Origin: Candidatus Heimdallarchaeota archaeon
GTDB lineage: Archaea > Asgardarchaeota > Heimdallarchaeia > Heimdallarchaeales > Heimdallarchaeaceae
Length of the DNA: 32,000 nt
Assembly: GCA_030668875.1 (NCBI GenBank)
Contig: DAOVER010000003.1
Location: 78,673-110,672 of the forward strand
Reading direction: 5' to 3'
A program made the position numbers and the translations under genes. Of the stretch, positions 27,115-32,000 are shown piece by piece (positions within the stretch are counted from its first letter, which is position 1; the number at the start of each line of letters is the position of its first letter). The notes beneath the pieces are model-generated. The model was given only the letters and a program-made list of their open reading frames with translations. It did not search any database and was not told the DNA's origin.

Positions 27115-28803
27115 ATGAAACCTTTCTGGAATAAGATTTATCACATCTTTGTTAACCCTGTTTTATTTGTTATAGGGATAATAATCTTTATTCTAGTAAT
27201 AGTTGCCAAGTTTGTTTTTCTTCTTTATGAAACACTTATCCCACGAGGTCTACGTGAAATTGTACCTCATATGGTTTTATGGCGAAAATATCTCCTTTAT
27301 GCTTCCAATTTGCTCGCTCCTCAAGAAGAGTTTGATGCTATTGAGGTTGAAGAAAAGGTTCATGAATTGATTAGCAAAGAGGACAAAATCAACAAAGCTT
27401 ATCCCATTCAGAGAGGTGTCGGTGAAACTTATGATCATGTTCTAATTTTTGTTTTAATCATAGTAGTTTCTATTGTAGCTATTGGTAGTGCAACTCCTAA
27501 CTTTGATGAATTTGTTGATGAAGTGCTTGTACGATTACATATTTCTAATCTAGAATGGTATGGTTATCTAATTATCGGAATTGTATTCTCTACTGTTATG
27601 GGTATGTTATCAACCATTGCAACCATTTTTGGTCCAGTTTATGTACTTTTCCATAAATCTAGCTTGCGGATGGTTCAAATGGGAGCTTACAGCTGGGGAA
27701 CAATTTATCAAAAACTGGAAAACTTATTCTCTTTACCTTATATTGCTTCAAAGGCTTCATTCACCTTTTTCGATGCCCCTCCTATCTCCGAGGAAACTTT
27801 CAAAGAATTCAAAGAGGATGTAATGGGAGACTTCGGGAAGATTACAAACCGCATTTCTTCAATTTTGAGTTCTTCCTCAATTTCTTTACCTGTTCAAACA
27901 AGAGAACTCTATGAAGAACTATTATCTACAGAATTAGAAGATAGACTTGATATGACGAAGGTAACTGATTCAACTTCTAGAGCATTCTCCTTACTTATCT
28001 GGCAAAGTGAAACAGCAGTCATCCCCTGGAGAAGGGAACCTGGTTTACTTGGTTTTGCTGAGAAAAACAATCTCAGTTACAAAGATGCAAAGAATACCTT
28101 TGTCTTTATAACAAAAAAACTAGAAGATGATTTTGTCTCTAAAACATTCTATGATTCTATTCTTCTTACCGGAGCTTTAAAGGGAGTTATCAATACTGAA
28201 ACAAAATATGAATTGAAATTGAATGATCTAGAATATAGCAAATTAGTATTTGCCTTAGCCTTAGGAACACAAAGATTCATTTTAGATCACTTTTCACAAA
28301 ACAAATTTAGCACACGTTTTAAAACAAAAATAAAAAATGTTCTTTTCGGATTTATAGTGCCAGTAGTTGAATTAACTTCAGTCTTTATCTCTTATTTTAA
28401 ACACATAGGAAGTAGTTTCAAGATGAATTTTTCAAAGGGATGGCACAACAAATTTGTGCGATTCTTTTATGAAAGATTCCGGGAGATTCAAACAGGATTA
28501 AGAGTAAAAGTATATGAAGACAAAGATGAAGAAGAAACAGAGTTTGAAGAAGGTAAGGAAAAACCCAGAAACATTTTCATCACAGGTTTATTTTTCATAT
28601 TACAAGTAATTCTTGCCCTACCTCTTAGTTTATTCTTCTTTGCAAAATTATTCTATTTGATTTTCCGAGAAATCTTTAGAAAGAAGAAATCAGAAGAAGT
28701 AAAAAGGAAGAAATTTGAAAAAGAAATAGCAAAAGAATCTCTCATTACTATGTATGATGAAATCTACTCTAGATTGGTTTTAGACACCTTCTATTATACA
28801 TAG
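27115..28803 (+). CDS. Unknown polytopic membrane protein, paralogue B (paralogue of 7750..9591)
   Basis: Same topology and conserved blocks as paralogue A. The ATG at 27115 is preferred over TTG 27091. Confidence 0.8.
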   Translation: MKPFWNKIYHIFVNPVLFVIGIIIFILVIVAKFVFLLYETLIPRGLREIVPHMVLWRKYLLYASNLLAPQEEFDAIEVEEKVHELISKEDKINKAYPIQRGVGETYDHVLIFVLIIVVSIVAIGSATPNFDEFVDEVLVRLHISNLEWYGYLIIGIVFSTVMGMLSTIATIFGPVYVLFHKSSLRMVQMGAYSWGTIYQKLENLFSLPYIASKASFTFFDAPPISEETFKEFKEDVMGDFGKITNRISSILSSSSISLPVQTRELYEELLSTELEDRLDMTKVTDSTSRAFSLLIWQSETAVIPWRREPGLLGFAEKNNLSYKDAKNTFVFITKKLEDDFVSKTFYDSILLTGALKGVINTETKYELKLNDLEYSKLVFALALGTQRFILDHFSQNKFSTRFKTKIKNVLFGFIVPVVELTSVFISYFKHIGSSFKMNFSKGWHNKFVRFFYERFREIQTGLRVKVYEDKDEEETEFEEGKEKPRNIFITGLFFILQVILALPLSLFFFAKLFYLIFREIFRKKKSEEVKRKKFEKEIAKESLITMYDEIYSRLVLDTFYYT

Positions 28804-29049
28804 ATGTGTCTCTGAGACAATTATACTTTTTTGTTAAATGTAGTGTTTTTATTCTTCTTAAGAGATGTTTCGTTATGAAGAGTTCTTATTTTTTTTCATT
28901 TTTTGCCTTCTCTTTAAATCATCTAATACTCTGATAGCCTTTTATCTTAAAGTCACATGTTATTACTAGAACAATTTGATTTAACACCAATACGTTTAAT
29001 TCTCCTTCCTACATACTAAAATTTAAATGAATTCAAGCTTTAGAATGAA

Positions 29050-31062
29050 ATGATGCAAAGTATCTTTGAATACTTCATTGAACGTTTTTCTCAACCATTA
29101 CAGATTCTTCTACAAGAATCGATAGAAGAACAAGATGAAGCTAATCCAAATGATAGATTGCAAAAGGGAGTAATATTAACTCTTGAGGATGTTATAAGAA
29201 ACAAGGGTAAATTTGGAGAAAAGGAGATTTTTGAATTAGCGAGTCTGAGTTGTTATTTAACTCAAAAGATGAAGGCTGATGAAGAATATCTTAAACTTCT
29301 GAAAGAAGTTAAACATCCCTATATTCAGATGTATGTAGTATATTTTGAAGAAGATCCATCTAACTATCTTGAATCTCTAGAGAAAATAGAAGAATTGACA
29401 ATATTAGTTGAAAAGAGAGAAGATTATTCCGATGAAATGAGAGCAAATGTACTGGAAATTCATAGTTGGGTTTATGGACAACAAAGCAACATAGCAAAAA
29501 TTAAAGAGATTTTTAAATATGTTAGAAACAGTATATCTGAAACTGAAAATCCTGTTGAGCAGTTTGGTTTGCAAGAAAGCTACATGAATTGTGCTTGGTG
29601 GTTTTTGCACTTCGGAGTTGAAATGGACTTTGATGAAATTTTCATCTTTATTGACCCTTATATTCAGAAATTCAGAATGTACAAAACTATAACAAGCTAC
29701 CTAAACGTCAAGGGTGGTGTAGAAAGTTTCATGGGTGATAATCATGAGGCAATCAAGAGCTTTGAGGAGTTAATTAAGGTTCATGAAGAATGCAATGATG
29801 ATTATCGACTCTCCATAGCTATTGGTAATCTTGCCGAAGTTCATATGGTAATGGGTAAATCAAATCTTGCAAAGGATATGATGGAGAAAGCTATCGATCT
29901 TTACAAGGAAAGTACTGGAAAATGGCCTTATCTTTATCTAACTGAGCTTGGAAACATGTACTATTTATTAGGTGATGATAGAGCTGAAGAATCATTTTTA
30001 CATGCATATGAAATTCAAAGAAAGGAAAAATCTCTGCACAAAGCATTAATCATGTATGAACTTGTACACTATTATCTCAGAATAGAGAATCTTTCTGAAG
30101 CTAAAAAATATCTAAAAGAATTAAGATCTCTATCAAAAGAACTAGAAGCACCTTCAATTAATGCTCAGGTAGATTATCTTCGAGGTTTCCTTGAGATGTT
30201 AAATCATAACTTATCAAACGCGGCTGAATATCTACAATCTGCTCTGGATCAAGCTAATCATACTAGAGATGTTGAATTAATCCTCTTTTGTAACATTCAA
30301 CTCTCTGTTGCTCATCTGTGGTATTATCGATTACTAGAAAACAAAGAATCTCTAAATCTTGCTTTAAGTTATATTGATACAGTAAGACAATTAGCAGTAG
30401 AAAATAATCACAATCAGATTTTAACTTCCAGTTTATTAATCTGTGCAGTCCTTTGCTCAGTTAATGGAGAATATGAGAACTCACTTGAGGATATCAAAAA
30501 AGCTCGCCAAGTTGGTAAAGATATCGATTTTGAAACACTAAAAAGAGATTTGGATAAAATTGAAACTAGTATCAAAAATGCTCAAAATACAGGATTATTA
30601 GAAGTTGCAGGACAAAATATAATTGAATATATACTCCCCCAATTTAAATCACTTCTATCTTTGAAGCTTCTTCAAACAAAAAGAAAGGATGTAGAAGTTC
30701 TAGGTCTTTTAATCATCTCAGAAAGTGGTATCCCTATTTTTTCAAAACTAAAAGATAAGTTGAAAGCAAATGACTTGCTACTATCTGGGCTTTTGATGGC
30801 TATAACTCAATTTGCGGAAAGCATTCTAGTGGGAAAGGAAATCGGAAGACTCAAGGATGTAAATTATGAAGATTTTTGTATAACTTTACAAGCTATAAAA
30901 AAAGGATTAGTTGCTGTAATTGCTTCTGAAGTGAGTTCAGAAATACGAATGTGGTCAATGGCTTTAGCCAATAGAATCAAAGAAATACCCCCCGTAGCTA
31001 CAAAGTTTGTTTCAGATATTCCAAACAAAATCGAAGATCTGTTAGAAGAAGTAAATCTATAG
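29050..31062 (+). CDS. TPR-repeat protein with C-terminal longin/roadblock-like domain
   Basis: TPR-like helices (LNVKGG...AIKSFEE; IAIGNLAEV...AIDLY; YLTELGNMY...AYEI). The C-terminus LLIISESGIPIFS...DLLLSGLLMAITQFAE...VNYEDFCITL...VAVIA has the beta-beta-alpha-beta-beta-beta-alpha longin-like pattern common in Asgard proteins. Confidence 0.75.
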   Translation: MMQSIFEYFIERFSQPLQILLQESIEEQDEANPNDRLQKGVILTLEDVIRNKGKFGEKEIFELASLSCYLTQKMKADEEYLKLLKEVKHPYIQMYVVYFEEDPSNYLESLEKIEELTILVEKREDYSDEMRANVLEIHSWVYGQQSNIAKIKEIFKYVRNSISETENPVEQFGLQESYMNCAWWFLHFGVEMDFDEIFIFIDPYIQKFRMYKTITSYLNVKGGVESFMGDNHEAIKSFEELIKVHEECNDDYRLSIAIGNLAEVHMVMGKSNLAKDMMEKAIDLYKESTGKWPYLYLTELGNMYYLLGDDRAEESFLHAYEIQRKEKSLHKALIMYELVHYYLRIENLSEAKKYLKELRSLSKELEAPSINAQVDYLRGFLEMLNHNLSNAAEYLQSALDQANHTRDVELILFCNIQLSVAHLWYYRLLENKESLNLALSYIDTVRQLAVENNHNQILTSSLLICAVLCSVNGEYENSLEDIKKARQVGKDIDFETLKRDLDKIETSIKNAQNTGLLEVAGQNIIEYILPQFKSLLSLKLLQTKRKDVEVLGLLIISESGIPIFSKLKDKLKANDLLLSGLLMAITQFAESILVGKEIGRLKDVNYEDFCITLQAIKKGLVAVIASEVSSEIRMWSMALANRIKEIPPVATKFVSDIPNKIEDLLEEVNL

Positions 31063-31124
31063 TGCCTGTGTTTTTTCTATGAAACATTTATTAATTTAAT
31101 TAACTATGATGGGTTTTTGTCATG

Positions 31125-31300
31125 CTGTCATATTAAGACACCAAGTTTAGCTAGTTTCTTAGAGTTCAACATATACAACTACAAGAGTTCTATACTCACT
31201 CTCTGTGGATACATCACGTATCCTCCTACCCCGTTCACATTGCGTTTAGGCAAGGCTTTCGGATCGCTTTTGACTAAGATATTGTATGCAGCATTAACAT
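31125..31300 (-). ncRNA. Predicted omegaRNA scaffold overlapping the tnpB 3' end
   Basis: TnpB omegaRNAs derive from the element's right end (established). A perfect hairpin GGATAC-n5-GTATCC is visible at 31207-31223, plus smaller stems near the stop. The boundaries are estimates. Confidence 0.5.
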
Positions 31301-32000
31301 CAGCATTGATTAAATAACCTTTAGAAGAATTGAACAGCCCTCGTTTGATTCGTTTACCTTTGTACTTCTTTCGATGTTTGGGGAATTCATTATCTAGGAA
31401 ACTGCTTTTGGAGGTGTATTGTTCAGGGATGGCCTCCACCTTTATTCCTTGTTCTGCTCCTTTATACTTCAAGATATTGATGATACGCAGGAAAGGGATG
31501 GTGACGAACATCTGGGTAACCTTCTTCCAGAAATGTAATCCTTGTTTCCATAATGGGTTGTAACCAATAACCACTTCGTGAAGACCTCGTTCGACCCATA
31601 TATCTATCAAGTAACTGGTGAGTTTATGGATCCCATCTTTCAGTTTCCTCCTCCACTTCTCCTTCAGTTTGTAGTAAGCTTGTCCATAGATCAATCTGTT
31701 CTTTCCTTTCAGCTGTTTTCTTTGTTGTTGTGCATACTGTAGCTGTAACTCTTTTTGTTTCTTCAAATAATATTGAGTAATGGATTTTATTCCTTTCCCT
31801 GCATCTTTGATAACAATCGGTTTTCCACCTTGGTTATCCACAAAAGCTGCAAGGTTATCCATCCCTAAATCGACACCACCTTTTCTTATCCTCTTCTTCA
31901 GGAGTTTGGATAAACTTTTCCTATATACTATCTCTAGTGTGTATCCTGGTCTGCGAGGGATGATTCTCACTTCTCTTAATTCTGTGTGCTCTGTTAGTCT
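31179..32000 (-). CDS. tnpB: RNA-guided endonuclease TnpB, rearranged RuvC-II type; 5'-truncated by the window edge
   Basis: The frame is open to base 32000 (RLTEHTELREVRIIPRR...). Motifs GVDLGMDNLA, VVIGYN..WKQ, FVTIPF, LKYK...GI.V...EQYTSK and INADVNAAYNI. Confidence 0.92.
   Translation of the reverse strand, partial: RLTEHTELREVRIIPRRPGYTLEIVYRKSLSKLLKKRIRKGGVDLGMDNLAAFVDNQGGKPIVIKDAGKGIKSITQYYLKKQKELQLQYAQQQRKQLKGKNRLIYGQAYYKLKEKWRRKLKDGIHKLTSYLIDIWVERGLHEVVIGYNPLWKQGLHFWKKVTQMFVTIPFLRIINILKYKGAEQGIKVEAIPEQYTSKSSFLDNEFPKHRKKYKGKRIKRGLFNSSKGYLINADVNAAYNILVKSDPKALPKRNVNGVGGYVMYPQRVSIELL

Larger units (their letters stand above)
31119..32000 (-). mobile_element. 3' part of a TnpB-encoding IS200/IS605- or IS607-type element
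   Basis: tnpB with about 37-42% GC in spot counts against about 32% for the host, plus a short structured 3' tail. The left end and any tnpA lie outside the window, and the exact right end is uncertain (about 31119-31127). Confidence 0.7.

Noticed and set aside
28807-28819. Perfect palindrome TGTCTC-T-GAGACA right after the paralogue B stop
   Set aside because: A single 6-bp-arm occurrence with a 1-nt loop; it cannot be told from chance or a terminator element.
28860-29010. Possible small or frameshifted minus-strand ORF (MVLNQIVLVITCDF... / ...IRVLDDLKRRQKMKK)
   Set aside because: The fragments are under 25 aa, in different frames, with no homology I can recognise.
203-31563. Short overlapping ORFs in the track (203, 2181, 2751, 3779, 3882, 6549, 8805, 9410, 12903, 17238, 18483, 20603, 20637, 21373, 22015, 22393, 23467, 24073, 24553, 25121, 26036, 26358, 26865, 27581, 29404, 31117, 31330)
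   Set aside because: They are antisense or alternate-frame shadows of well-supported genes, with no motifs or RBS support.
1-32000. Stop-codon reassignment or pyrrolysine use
   Set aside because: TAG, TGA and TAA all end well-supported genes at their expected C-termini.
1-32000. tRNA or rRNA genes
   Set aside because: No GC-rich cloverleaf, T-loop (GTTCGA) context or rRNA-like segment was seen in any intergenic gap.

Overview
AT-rich (~32% GC by spot counts), gene-dense archaeal chromosome segment, most likely from an Asgard archaeon (Heimdallarchaeia-like). The assignment is inferred from a TPR + longin-like protein, a ThiR-type regulator, an archaemetzincin homologue, GGTGA/GGAGG ribosome-binding sites and C-terminally anchored surface proteins. 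Left to right the window holds: the 3' part of a ThiR-like regulator; a thiBPQ thiamine ABC transporter translationally coupled to an APH/choline-kinase-family kinase (candidate ThiK-like thiamine kinase); an EamA transporter; the first of two paralogous unknown polytopic membrane proteins; an orphan gamma-class N6-adenine DNA methyltransferase; a catalytically dead archaemetzincin; RNase III; DegV; an M19 dipeptidase; a DUF4382 protein; a membrane-anchored wHTH regulator divergent from a surface protein; a 3-gene wHTH operon with repeated TGGTCAC boxes; an MFS transporter; a duplicated PhoU-TrkA_C protein; an alpha/beta hydrolase; a DUF134-NifX-NifX-MinD-MinD operon with a 3 x 14-bp tandem repeat upstream; an orphan, compositionally mosaic dppB; the second membrane paralogue; the TPR-longin protein; and the 3' part of a TnpB element with a rearranged (TnpB2/Fanzor-like) RuvC site. 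No rRNA, tRNA or CRISPR array was seen. All family calls come from motif recognition by eye, not from database searches.
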